Below, piece after piece: positions 45,044 to 53,601 of a stretch of 64,000 bases of DNA (position 1 is the stretch's first letter; the number at the start of each line of letters is the position of its first letter). A model generated the notes under the pieces. That model saw nothing but the letters and a program-made list of their open reading frames with translations. It did no database searches and had not been told where the DNA came from. Both the position numbers and the translations under genes were made by a program. Source of the DNA: an uncultured Oscillospiraceae bacterium (GTDB lineage: Bacteria; Bacillota; Clostridia; Christensenellales; Aristaeellaceae); assembly GCA_964518875.1 (NCBI GenBank), contig CAZFHI010000008.1, positions 1,929 through 65,928 of the forward strand, in the 5' to 3' direction.

Positions 45044-46146
45044 TACCTTTTCCCTCCCTTTTTGGTGTACATAATAAACGACAAAGCTATAAACGCCGCG
45101 CCTAGTATTAAATTTATCGTTACGGATCTAATCAGCATGGAAGAATCCTGCGAATAGATAAAACGCATCAATCCCTGGTTCATCATGCCAACAGGCGTAT
45201 ACGTGGAAATGTTTGTTATTTCATTTGACAGCATGTTTAAAGGCACATAGCCTCCGCCTAAAAACGTAAAAAGTATTACAAGCACATTGAGCGTTCCGTT
45301 TGTGGCCTGAAAGTTTTCACCGCTCGCTTCATACACTAAAAGCCCTAATCCGCAGCTGAACAAGGCAAAAGGTACAAGGCTCAGCATAGATATGAACGCG
45401 TTTCCAAAGTTAGCGGAATAAATAAGAATGTTTGAAAGCATAAGTATTATTACCTGCATTATAAGCACAACAGACGCCGCAAAAACTTTGGCAAAGAAAA
45501 CGCCGTTCATGCTGTACGGGGAGCTTTTAAGCCTTAAAATAGTGTTTTCCTGCTTTTCACGGTTTATTGTTTCCGCCGTCTGTATGGCGCCGTAAAGTAT
45601 TGTCATAGTAATCATTGCGATTGCATAATAATCTATACTTCCGGGGCTTTTGCTTCCGCTGACGTTTTCCACGTCAACATAGTTATTTCTTTCAGGTTTT
45701 GCAAAAGCTTTTGAAAGCTTTCCGCTTTTAACAGCCTCGTTTACAAGGTTTGACTGTTTAGCAAAAGAATCCGAATATATCCTTAGTATTAAGCTGTCCA
45801 GATCCGAATATACGTCTGAATACATTGTAATTTTATCGTTGTCTATTTCAACATATTTTTTCACCTCATTATTGTCCAACTTTTCCTGCAGATCATCTTT
45901 TGAGATTCTTTCAAATATGATGCCGGCGTTTTTCCCTTCTTTAATGTAAAGGTCTTCCATCAAGCCGTTTGACGCTATAACCGGCACGTTTATCTGCGGC
46001 ATTTCGTAGGTGTTTTTAAAGCCCTGATTCAGCGCCGTTCCTAAAACCCAGGTGATTATAAAAGGAAAAAGTATCATCATGGTAAACGTCGTAGGATCGT
46101 TTATGAGGTGCAACATTTCTTTTTTTACAAGCTTAAAAAATCTCAT
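45043..46146 (-). CDS. ABC-2-type exporter permease (first of two)
   Basis: 367 aa with the same topology as its neighbour. The two are paralogous but not identical. Confidence 0.78.
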   Translation of the reverse strand: MRFFKLVKKEMLHLINDPTTFTMMILFPFIITWVLGTALNQGFKNTYEMPQINVPVIASNGLMEDLYIKEGKNAGIIFERISKDDLQEKLDNNEVKKYVEIDNDKITMYSDVYSDLDSLILRIYSDSFAKQSNLVNEAVKSGKLSKAFAKPERNNYVDVENVSGSKSPGSIDYYAIAMITMTILYGAIQTAETINREKQENTILRLKSSPYSMNGVFFAKVFAASVVLIMQVIILMLSNILIYSANFGNAFISMLSLVPFALFSCGLGLLVYEASGENFQATNGTLNVLVILFTFLGGGYVPLNMLSNEITNISTYTPVGMMNQGLMRFIYSQDSSMLIRSVTINLILGAAFIALSFIMYTKKGGKR

Positions 46147-46158
46147 GGTATTTTCCTT

Positions 46159-47082
46159 TCAGTCACGCAGGCGTTTGCCTGTAAGCGTCAGGAAAACGTC
46201 CTCAAGATCCGGCTCGCTTATAGACATATCTATAATTTCAACATGATGCGTTATAAGAGTGTCTAATATTTCCTTTAACTGGTTTTCCTTAAGCCTGCAC
46301 GAAAAACGGTAGTCGTAGTCCCTTATGTCTATATTTTCAACGCCTTTTATTAAACGAAGCTCCTCAACAGGCACATCGCCTTTTAAGCGCATGGTTATAA
46401 ACCAGTTTTCATCTATAAGCTGCCTTAACTCCTGCAGCGTGCCCTGGGCGACAATCTGCCCCATATCCATAATGGCTACGCGCTGGCAAAGCTGCTCCGC
46501 TTCCTCCATATAGTGCGTAGTGTAAAGTATAGTCATGCCTTCTGATTTTAATCGCATTATGTATTCCATAATGTAATTCCTGCTCTGAGGGTCTATGCCG
46601 ACCGTGGGTTCATCGAGTATAAGCAGCCTGGGCCTGTGCACAAGGCCGCAGGCTATGTTCAAGCGTCTTTTCATGCCGCCTGAAAATGTTTTGGCCTTGT
46701 CTTTTCTTCTTTCGTACAGGCCTACGTAGTTAAGCGTTTCTTTGGTCTGGTTCTGCAACTCCTTGCCGGATAAGCCATACAGCGAACCAAAAAATGAAAC
46801 GTTTTGTTCAGCTGTAAGGTCGTTATAAATAGCTAATTCCTGCGGCACAATGCCGAGCATGCTTTTACACTCGTTCAGGTTTTTATCCATATTTTTGCCT
46901 TCGATAAAAACATCTCCGGAATTTTTCTTTATAATTCCGCTTATAATGTTTATAGTCGTGCTTTTTCCGGCGCCGTTTGGACCTAAAAGCCCAAACACCT
47001 CTCCCGTATGAATTTCAAAGCTTATCTCGCTTACCGCAAGCACTTTACCATATCTCTTTACAAGTTTTTCAGCTTTAAGCAT
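46159..47082 (-). CDS. ABC exporter ATP-binding protein (DrrA/NatA-like)
   Basis: ATG at 47082 ([13 protein letters not shown]) with RBS AGGAGGA; the ORF track extends to 47223. Walker [10 protein letters not shown], signature FSGGMKRRL, Walker [12 protein letters not shown]. Confidence 0.92.
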   Translation of the reverse strand: MLKAEKLVKRYGKVLAVSEISFEIHTGEVFGLLGPNGAGKSTTINIISGIIKKNSGDVFIEGKNMDKNLNECKSMLGIVPQELAIYNDLTAEQNVSFFGSLYGLSGKELQNQTKETLNYVGLYERRKDKAKTFSGGMKRRLNIACGLVHRPRLLILDEPTVGIDPQSRNYIMEYIMRLKSEGMTILYTTHYMEEAEQLCQRVAIMDMGQIVAQGTLQELRQLIDENWFITMRLKGDVPVEELRLIKGVENIDIRDYDYRFSCRLKENQLKEILDTLITHHVEIIDMSISEPDLEDVFLTLTGKRLRD

Positions 47083-47169
47083 AACATCCTCCTGTTTTGC
47101 AGATAGTTCACCTGTACGATGAAGCGTATTAAGTTTAACATGCGCGCATTCATTCTGACAGTAAAAAAG

Positions 47170-47200
47170 GTCATAATTTAAAATGACTTTAGTCATAATT
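47170..47200. promoter_or_regulatory. Repeated motif and palindrome upstream of the ABC exporter operon (candidate NarL-type regulator site)
   Basis: GTCATAATT at 47170-47178 and again at 47192-47200 (22-nt register). Palindrome ATGACTTTAGTCAT at 47183-47196. 88-118 nt upstream of the ATPase start. Confidence 0.3.
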
Positions 47201-47259
47201 ATTTTCATAGTTGAAGTAAGCAAAAAATACAGCTATAATCCTAAAAAAAGGAGGTTAGT

Positions 47260-47643
47260 ATGCAGGAAACAATATTATGCTACAACTTAAACGAAAAAAG
47301 AAAGGCGGAAATAGAGAAGCTTGCAAAAGCGCTTGATATAGTAATAAAGCATATAAAAAAAGATGATTTTGCTCTGCCTCTGGGCGTTCTGTGCGGCTTA
47401 GAAGAAAACAACAGCAAAAAAAGCTCAAATGAGAGCTTTGAAGATGAAATGATGGTGCTTTGTTTTTTTAACGACGACAAATTCGGCGCTTTCCTTGCGT
47501 CTTTTAAACAGAATAATATAAAACCCGTTGCGCTTAAAGCGGTTTTAACGCCAAACAACGCTAAGTGGAGCAGCTTAACGCTTCACAAAAACCTGTTAGA
47601 AGAGCATATGTATTTTATGAATCAAAGAAAAAAGCAATTATAG
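47260..47643 (+). CDS. Small cytoplasmic protein, DUF3783-like
   Basis: 127 aa. RBS AAGGAGG. MQETILCYNLNEKRKAEIEKLAKALDI... and ...MMVLCFFNDDKFGAFL resemble DUF3783 as I remember it. The 3' end overlaps the convergent response regulator gene by 6 nt. Confidence 0.45.
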   Translation: MQETILCYNLNEKRKAEIEKLAKALDIVIKHIKKDDFALPLGVLCGLEENNSKKSSNESFEDEMMVLCFFNDDKFGAFLASFKQNNIKPVALKAVLTPNNAKWSSLTLHKNLLEEHMYFMNQRKKQL

Positions 47644-48243
47644 CTCTCCCTTTAAGCGGCTTATAGCGATCTGCGTGCGATGATCAAGCCCGCTTTTCTG
47701 AAGAATAGAAGTTACATGGTTTTTTACCGTTCCTTCAGACAGAAAAAGCGTTTCCGCTATCTGACGGTTGCTCAGTCCCTTGGCTATTAAAGCCACTATA
47801 TCTTCCTCCCTGTCGCTAAGCTGCGCAAGTGTTTTGCGGCTTTTAGGTATGTTTTCCCTTACGGCTTTCATAACTACCGCGTCGTAAACGTTTTTGCCTT
47901 TATATATTTCTATTATAGCGTTTATAATTGATTCGGGCGTTGCGGATTTAAGCAGATAGCCGTGCGCGCCCAAGCTCAGCGACTGGAGTATTTCAGTCTG
48001 CTCATCAAACGTTGTAAGCACAAGCACCCTTGTGTTTTTTAAAATTTCAGGAAGAGCTTCAAGCCCGGATTTATCTGGCATGCGAAGGTCAAGTAGCAAT
48101 ACATCGCACATTTTGCTAAGCTTTATCGCTTCATACCCGTCTTTCGCCGTACCTATAACCTTAATATCCTCTTTGCCGTCTATAAGAATAGATAAAGATT
48201 CCCTAATCAAAGCGTCGTCGTCCGCTATGGCTACTTTTATCAT
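47638..48243 (-). CDS. NarL/LuxR-family response regulator
   Basis: 201 aa. Receiver (KVAIADDD...LLDLRMPDKSG...LTTF) and LuxR HTH (LSDREEDIVALIAKGLSNRQIAETLFLSEGTVKNHVTSIL). Confidence 0.94.
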   Translation of the reverse strand: MIKVAIADDDALIRESLSILIDGKEDIKVIGTAKDGYEAIKLSKMCDVLLLDLRMPDKSGLEALPEILKNTRVLVLTTFDEQTEILQSLSLGAHGYLLKSATPESIINAIIEIYKGKNVYDAVVMKAVRENIPKSRKTLAQLSDREEDIVALIAKGLSNRQIAETLFLSEGTVKNHVTSILQKSGLDHRTQIAISRLKGEL

Positions 48244-49241
48244 GTCTTCCTCCTTGGAATAATGGAAATTACCGTTGTGCCCTGTCCCCTGCTTCCGCGC
48301 ACTATAAGCGTTCCGCCAAGGGCAGATACTCTGCTGCGCATTCCGGATATGCCCATGCCTTCGCTGTAATTGTCAGAGCCTGCGCCGTTATCCTTTACTT
48401 CAAGGCGCACAACGCCCGGCAGAACCTGTATGCATACCTTAACCTGCGTTGCGTGGGAATGCCTAATCACGTTGGACAACGCTTCATGCAGGTTTCCACG
48501 CAATGCTTCCCAGATATCCATTCTTACTTTCTCAGCATCGCCCTGAAGGCTGTATATTATCTGCATGCCGCTGTCGCGCCTGAATCTGTCTATGACCGCC
48601 TGCATGTCCCGCGTGCGCATATCAGGAACCTCGGCCCGCATTTTGTGAACAGCCGAACGTATATTGTCTACGCCCGCGCGCATGGAATCTGCCGCCTGGC
48701 TGAGCAAGGCTTTTGATTTTTCAGGCTCTTTATCCATTATTGACTTAGCCGCTTCCACCTGCAGAATGCTTGCAGTAACGGAGTGCCCTAATAGATCGTG
48801 TATTTCCTGCGCAATGCGCTGTCTCTCCCTAAGCTGTGAGTTTATTGTTATCTGGCTTTCGTATTTATCCTGCAAAAGCCTGTATAGCCTGACCTGCTGC
48901 GCTTCAAGCTTTAGACTGGTGTTTTCTTCTGTAAGGGATTTTATTTTTTTCTCCTGCAGCGAAAGATAATAATACAGCACCGCATAAAACGCGTACAAGA
49001 GTATAAGCAAAAAAGGCACATAATCCCAAAGGAAAAAAAGAAGCAAAGCGTTGCCTATGGAAAACGCATCGTGTATGGCAAGGGATAAAGCGCGAAGATC
49101 TATAAAAAAAAGCAGAAGCAAAAAAACATGGCTTATGCTTTCCGGCGCCACGAAAAAACACGCTATGGCATAGCTTGTTACAATTACAAAGTCGCAGAAG
49201 AGAAGAAATTTTTTAATAATATCAACTCCCGTGAATTCCAT
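48240..49241 (-). CDS. Sensor histidine kinase, HisKA_3 (NarX/LiaS/LnrJ-like) with an N-terminal membrane domain
   Basis: 333 aa. H-box RIAQEIHDLLGHSVTA, HATPase_c (VKDNGAGS, GMGISGMRSRV). 3-4 N-terminal TM helices with minimal loops. The start codon directly follows a short hairpin plus U-run (49248-49268) and has no obvious RBS, so the start is uncertain. Confidence 0.85.
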   Translation of the reverse strand: MEFTGVDIIKKFLLFCDFVIVTSYAIACFFVAPESISHVFLLLLFFIDLRALSLAIHDAFSIGNALLLFFLWDYVPFLLILLYAFYAVLYYYLSLQEKKIKSLTEENTSLKLEAQQVRLYRLLQDKYESQITINSQLRERQRIAQEIHDLLGHSVTASILQVEAAKSIMDKEPEKSKALLSQAADSMRAGVDNIRSAVHKMRAEVPDMRTRDMQAVIDRFRRDSGMQIIYSLQGDAEKVRMDIWEALRGNLHEALSNVIRHSHATQVKVCIQVLPGVVRLEVKDNGAGSDNYSEGMGISGMRSRVSALGGTLIVRGSRGQGTTVISIIPRRKT

Positions 49242-49273
49242 TAAAAAGAGGCTGTCTTCGCAGCCCCCTTATT

Positions 49274-49810
49274 TTAAATCATATTTACAAAAGAATCCAC
49301 AGCGCCCTGCAGGAACTTTGCCGTATCAGGGTTTAAGTTTCCATCCTTATCAAGCAGCTTGTGTACGTTGCCCAGATATATTTCCGGATACTGCATAAGG
49401 TGCACGTTCAGGCACAGAAGCACCTGCCTTAAATGCGATACTGCTCCAAAGGCTCCCATAGATCCTGGAGATACGCCGTACAGAAGCCCCGGCTTGTTGC
49501 TCCACAGATTATGTCCCATAGGCCTTGAAGCTATGTCTATTGCGTTTTTTAAAGGCGCTGTAAACGAGCGGTTGTATTCAGGCGTAGCAAATATCACGCC
49601 ATCCGCCTCTTTTATTTTTTGTCTGAACGTTATATAGCTTTCAGGGTATTCGCCCGTAAGCTCAAAATCCTGATTAAAAAAAGGAAGCGCTCCTATATCT
49701 ATAAATTCCGCTTCAAAGTCTTCAGGCAGCATCTCAACTACTTTTTTAGTTACTCTTTTTGTAAAAGAATCTTTGCGCAGGCTTCCGACAAGTACAGCTA
49801 TCTTTTTCAT
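49274..49810 (-). CDS. NAD(P)H-dependent FMN reductase family oxidoreductase (PF03358)
   Basis: 178 aa. MKKIAVLVGSLRKDSFT and FATPEYNRSFTAPLKNAID are typical of this flavodoxin-like family. Confidence 0.82.
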   Translation of the reverse strand: MKKIAVLVGSLRKDSFTKRVTKKVVEMLPEDFEAEFIDIGALPFFNQDFELTGEYPESYITFRQKIKEADGVIFATPEYNRSFTAPLKNAIDIASRPMGHNLWSNKPGLLYGVSPGSMGAFGAVSHLRQVLLCLNVHLMQYPEIYLGNVHKLLDKDGNLNPDTAKFLQGAVDSFVNMI

Positions 49811-50054
49811 AATTATTACCTCCTAAAAAATTACATAGTTATATTACCATATTTTGTATGTTTTAAACAGTTTTACTGGAATAAAAGACATGTTCTTTGT
49901 ATAATGTTCCAGGAAAGGGGGCGTCAGTATAAAAAAATACAGAGTAAGCACGATAGGTGTCTGGCTAAGCCATGTCCCCAAGAACAAATTTTTTTACCCG
50001 TTTTACTTAGCGAACCAGCTCGATACAACCAGGGAAATTTTTGCTTCCAATGAC

Positions 50055-50786
50055 GTGCCTAAAAGCCTTGACGGCTTTAAGATAGCGTATTTTTCGGATA
50101 TTCATTTCGGACCTATGTTCAGTAAAGAGCGCGTCTTAAACCTTGCTCAAAAAATAAACGCGCTTAACGCAGACCTTGTTCTTATGGGCGGAGATTACGG
50201 AGAAACAACGCTTACGGCCGTTGAATTTTTTAAGATTCTTCCTGAGCTTAAATCAAAATACGGTTGTTTTGCATGCATAGGAAACCACGACCGCAAGGGC
50301 TCGGAGGAAGAATTTGCAACGCTTTTACACGTTATGAAGAATAAAGGCGTTTCCGCGCTCATAAATAAGCAGATTGTTTTTGACACAGGAAACGCAAGTA
50401 TATCCCTTTACGCAAGCGACGACATGTACCTGGGTCATCCTGATATTTCTTTTTTTGATAATGCAAAAAAATATAAAAACACGTTCAGTATCTTTTTCCC
50501 GCATTCGCCGGACATTATGCCTGATGTGCTTAAAAGAAACGATAAGTCCTTTGATCTTGCGCTATGCGGTCATACGCATGGAGGGCAGATAAGATTTTTT
50601 GGGAAAGCTCTGTATTCCTCAAGCGATTATAAAAACAGGTACCTTTTCGGCTGGAAAGAAGAAAACAATCACAGCATATTTATTTCAAACGGCGTAGGCA
50701 CGTCCATTATGCCAGTGCGCCTTGGCGCAAGGCCGCAGATTCACCTTATTACACTAACCTCAGGGAAGGCTCCGCGTTTAAGCTGA
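50055..50786 (+). CDS. Metallophosphoesterase, YkuE-like. The N-terminus is possibly incomplete (see findings).
   Basis: Motifs FSDIHFG, GGDYGE, GNHD, GHTHGGQ. The first canonical start is GTG at 50055, but the frame is open and family-like for 50 codons upstream. Confidence 0.8.
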   Translation: MPKSLDGFKIAYFSDIHFGPMFSKERVLNLAQKINALNADLVLMGGDYGETTLTAVEFFKILPELKSKYGCFACIGNHDRKGSEEEFATLLHVMKNKGVSALINKQIVFDTGNASISLYASDDMYLGHPDISFFDNAKKYKNTFSIFFPHSPDIMPDVLKRNDKSFDLALCGHTHGGQIRFFGKALYSSSDYKNRYLFGWKEENNHSIFISNGVGTSIMPVRLGARPQIHLITLTSGKAPRLS

Positions 50787-51813
50787 GCCGCGACAGATCG
50801 CCTTTTAAAAGCCGTCTGTAGCCTGCGGATGCTATCATGGCTGCGTTATCCCCGCACAGAAAAAGCTCGGGCATATAAAGCGCCGTATTTGTTTTAGCGC
50901 ATTCTTCTTTAAAGCGTCTGCGCAAAAGACTGTTTGCCGAAACGCCGCCCGCTATTAAAAGCGTGTCTGCGTTTTTCTCTTTAACGGCAAGCATGGTTTT
51001 TTCTATAAGCAGCTCAACCACCGCTTTTTGAAAAGAAGCGGCGCAGTCCTCTACCGTGTATGCTATGCCTTTCTGCTGCATATTGTGTAAGGCGTTTATA
51101 AAGGCCGTTTTAAGCCCTGAAAAACTGAAATCATACCTTCCCTGCGTTTTGGGGTGAGGCAGCTTTAAAAAGCTGTCTTCGCCTTCCTGCGACGCCTTAT
51201 CAAGCTTTGGGCCGCCCGGGTAGCCAAGCCCCAGCACCCTTGCAGCCTTGTCAAAGGCTTCGCCTGCGGCGTCGTCCTGCGTGCAGCCTATCAGATTATA
51301 ATTATCGTTTTTGTCCGCTTCAATAATATGGCTGTGCCCGCCGCTTACGACAATGCACATGCACGGAGGATTAAGCTCTTTAAAGCTTAAATAGTTAGCG
51401 CATATGTGCCCCTCTATATGGTTTACGCCTATAAGCGGTTTTCCGCTCGCAAAGGCCAGGGCTTTTGCGTAGGAAACGCCTACAAGCAGAGCGCCTACAA
51501 GGCCAGGGCCCCTGGTAACGGCTATGGCGTCAATATCGCTTAAAGAGCGCCCGCTTTGTCTTATCGCTTCCGAAACTACTATGTCTATTTTTTCTGTATG
51601 CGCGCGGCTTGCAATTTCCGGCACTACGCCGCCGTATATAGTATGCAGGGGTATTTGAGAAAAAACAACGTTGGACAGTATTTCTCTTCCGTTTAAAACA
51701 ACTGACGCGGCGGTTTCATCGCAGCTTGTTTCAATGCCCAGCACAAGTATATTTTTTTTTGCTTTTACTCTATCAAGATTTTCTTTTTGCTTGTCAATAT
51801 AATTATTCTGCAT
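50749..51813 (-). CDS. tsaD: tRNA N6-adenosine threonylcarbamoyltransferase TsaD
   Basis: LVLGIETSCDETAASV, HIEGHI and VSGGHSH motifs. ATG at 51813 (MQNNYIDKQ...) overlaps the upstream stop by 11 nt. The ORF track extends to 51843. Confidence 0.95.
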   Translation of the reverse strand: MQNNYIDKQKENLDRVKAKKNILVLGIETSCDETAASVVLNGREILSNVVFSQIPLHTIYGGVVPEIASRAHTEKIDIVVSEAIRQSGRSLSDIDAIAVTRGPGLVGALLVGVSYAKALAFASGKPLIGVNHIEGHICANYLSFKELNPPCMCIVVSGGHSHIIEADKNDNYNLIGCTQDDAAGEAFDKAARVLGLGYPGGPKLDKASQEGEDSFLKLPHPKTQGRYDFSFSGLKTAFINALHNMQQKGIAYTVEDCAASFQKAVVELLIEKTMLAVKEKNADTLLIAGGVSANSLLRRRFKEECAKTNTALYMPELFLCGDNAAMIASAGYRRLLKGDLSRLSLNAEPSLRLV

Positions 51814-52504
51814 CTGATTTATTGCCTTTAAATATAGCAGCAAAGCATCCCATTGCTAAGCACAGCGCGGCCGGAATTATCCGTTTTAGCAGCAGCTTTG
51901 CGTAGCTTTCAAAAAATGCCTGCGGCATGAGCTTAAGCAAAATATCCTCTTGCGCGTTAAGAAGCCAAAGGTCGTTTGTAAAAAGCAGCCTGTGGAATTT
52001 TTCAAAAAGACCGTCAAAGTTTACAAAATATGCTATGACGATAGCCGCAAGACAGATTATGAACAATCCCACGCCTATTAGAAAAGAAATTTCAACGGTT
52101 CTGGCGCTTATGCTTATAATTTTTTTCCTGTTAAGCAAAAACAGCGCTAAAAACAGAAGCAGTATTATAAGCGCTGGCCAAAAAAACGAAAGGCCGAGCA
52201 TTACAAGGCTCCGCACGTCCCGCATATGCAGCGTTTCCCTTTCGCTTAAAAGAATTTTACCGTTGTTGTCAGGGAGGGACATGTCAAGCGCCTGCTTTTC
52301 CCCTGACAGATATTGTGTAATATCCTCTGAAAACGCCCTGTACTGCTCGCCGCTGCAGTCTAACTCAGCATACTGCATAAACTGCTTCTGCATTAAAGCA
52401 GCGTCGACGCTAATATTTGCCATTTGATAGCAGCATATTAAAACCGCCGCGGCGAATATTAAAACAGCAAGGACCGCGCGCAAAAAAACGCTTTTTGCCT
52501 TCAT
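51803..52504 (-). CDS. TIGR01906/DUF1461-family integral membrane protein (the family that includes the lipoprotein intramolecular transacylase Lit)
   Basis: 233 aa. N-terminal TM helix, an extracytoplasmic segment containing SERETLHMRDVRSL, then 3-4 TM helices. Family call is from memory of that motif and topology. Confidence 0.5.
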   Translation of the reverse strand: MKAKSVFLRAVLAVLIFAAAVLICCYQMANISVDAALMQKQFMQYAELDCSGEQYRAFSEDITQYLSGEKQALDMSLPDNNGKILLSERETLHMRDVRSLVMLGLSFFWPALIILLLFLALFLLNRKKIISISARTVEISFLIGVGLFIICLAAIVIAYFVNFDGLFEKFHRLLFTNDLWLLNAQEDILLKLMPQAFFESYAKLLLKRIIPAALCLAMGCFAAIFKGNKSDAE

Positions 52505-53601
52505 TGCATTTTAAGGTAGGAAATTATGAAGCTGTCAAGGTTGCCGTCCATTACGTCGCTTATATCGCTTGTTTCACAGCCGGTGCGGTGATCCTTAACC
52601 ATGGTATATGGCTGGAATATATACGAACGTATCTGGCTTCCCCACTCTATCTTTTTCATTTCGCCCTTAATTTCAGCCATCTGTTCTTCTTTTTCGCGCT
52701 CCTTAAGCTCTATAAGCTTTGCTTTGAGCATTTTAAGGCAGACTTCCCTGTTCTGTATCTGGCTGCGTTCATTCTGGCAGGATACCACTATGCCGGTAGG
52801 TATATGCGTCATGCGCACAGCGGAGTCTGTTTTGTTTACATGCTGGCCGCCAGCGCCAGTTGAGCGGTAAGTATCCACACGCACTTCTTCCATATTTATC
52901 TCTACTTTTCCGTCGTCTTCAAGCATAGGCGCTACATCTAAAGAAGCAAAAGAGGTGTGCCGCCTTGCGTTTGAATCAAACGGGCTTATCCTTACGAGTC
53001 GGTGCACGCCTTTTTCGCCTCGCAGATAGCCGTAGGCGTTTTCTCCGTCCACTTCGAATGTAACGGATTTCGTGCCGGCTTCGTCGCCGTCAAGGTAGTC
53101 GAGCAAAGTAAGTTTAAAGCCTTTCTTTTCGCAGTAGCGCGTGTACATGCGGTAGAGCATCTGCGTCCAGTCCTGCGCTTCAGTGCCGCCCGCGCCTGCG
53201 TGCAGGCTTAATATTGCATTGCAGTCGTCATAGTCTCCACGCATAAGTGTTTCAACTGCAAGGTTTTCTATGTCTTCGGAAAGCTTTTTCAAGGTATCCA
53301 TAGCTTCTAATGCGGCGTCGTGGTCTTCCTCTTCTTCCGCAAGCTGAAGCATAGTTTCAACGTCGTCGCACTGCTGCATAAGGTCGTTATAATGGTTTAT
53401 TTTGTTTTCCATCGTAGCGCGCTTTTTATTTACAGCCGTCGAGTGCTCAACGTCCTCCCAGAACCCCGGAGAATTCATTTCTTCTTTTATTTCTTCAAGC
53501 TGGTTTTTAAGGTCTTTTATATGCAAGCCTTCGCCTGTTTCTTTAAGTCTCTCGCGCTCCTGCTGCAATTGAGCGCTGCACTGTTCAACTTCAACTATCA
53601 T
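52501..53601 (-). CDS. prfB: Peptide chain release factor 2
   Basis: SPF tripeptide (RISPFDSNARRHTSF) and GGQ (STGAGGQHVNKTDSAVR). ATG at 53601 (MIVEVEQ...) follows GGGAGGAAAG and overlaps the secA stop by 1 nt. Single continuous frame. Confidence 0.95.
   Translation of the reverse strand: MIVEVEQCSAQLQQERERLKETGEGLHIKDLKNQLEEIKEEMNSPGFWEDVEHSTAVNKKRATMENKINHYNDLMQQCDDVETMLQLAEEEEDHDAALEAMDTLKKLSEDIENLAVETLMRGDYDDCNAILSLHAGAGGTEAQDWTQMLYRMYTRYCEKKGFKLTLLDYLDGDEAGTKSVTFEVDGENAYGYLRGEKGVHRLVRISPFDSNARRHTSFASLDVAPMLEDDGKVEINMEEVRVDTYRSTGAGGQHVNKTDSAVRMTHIPTGIVVSCQNERSQIQNREVCLKMLKAKLIELKEREKEEQMAEIKGEMKKIEWGSQIRSYIFQPYTMVKDHRTGCETSDISDVMDGNLDSFIISYLKMQ

Noticed and set aside
49248-49268. Short hairpin GGCUG-CGAAGA-CAGCC plus U5 between the FMN reductase gene and the HisKA_3 kinase start, considered as a terminator feature
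   Set aside because: The stem is only 5-6 bp, and the U-run runs directly into the kinase ATG. It may be a weak terminator or may simply reflect an imprecise kinase start call. It is too uncertain to list as a feature.
50749-50786. 38-nt overlap of the 3' ends of convergent tsaD and the metallophosphoesterase gene
   Set aside because: Both C-termini look like natural extensions of their families. Convergent overlaps of this size occur without special function. It is noted inside the metallophosphoesterase finding rather than as a separate signal.
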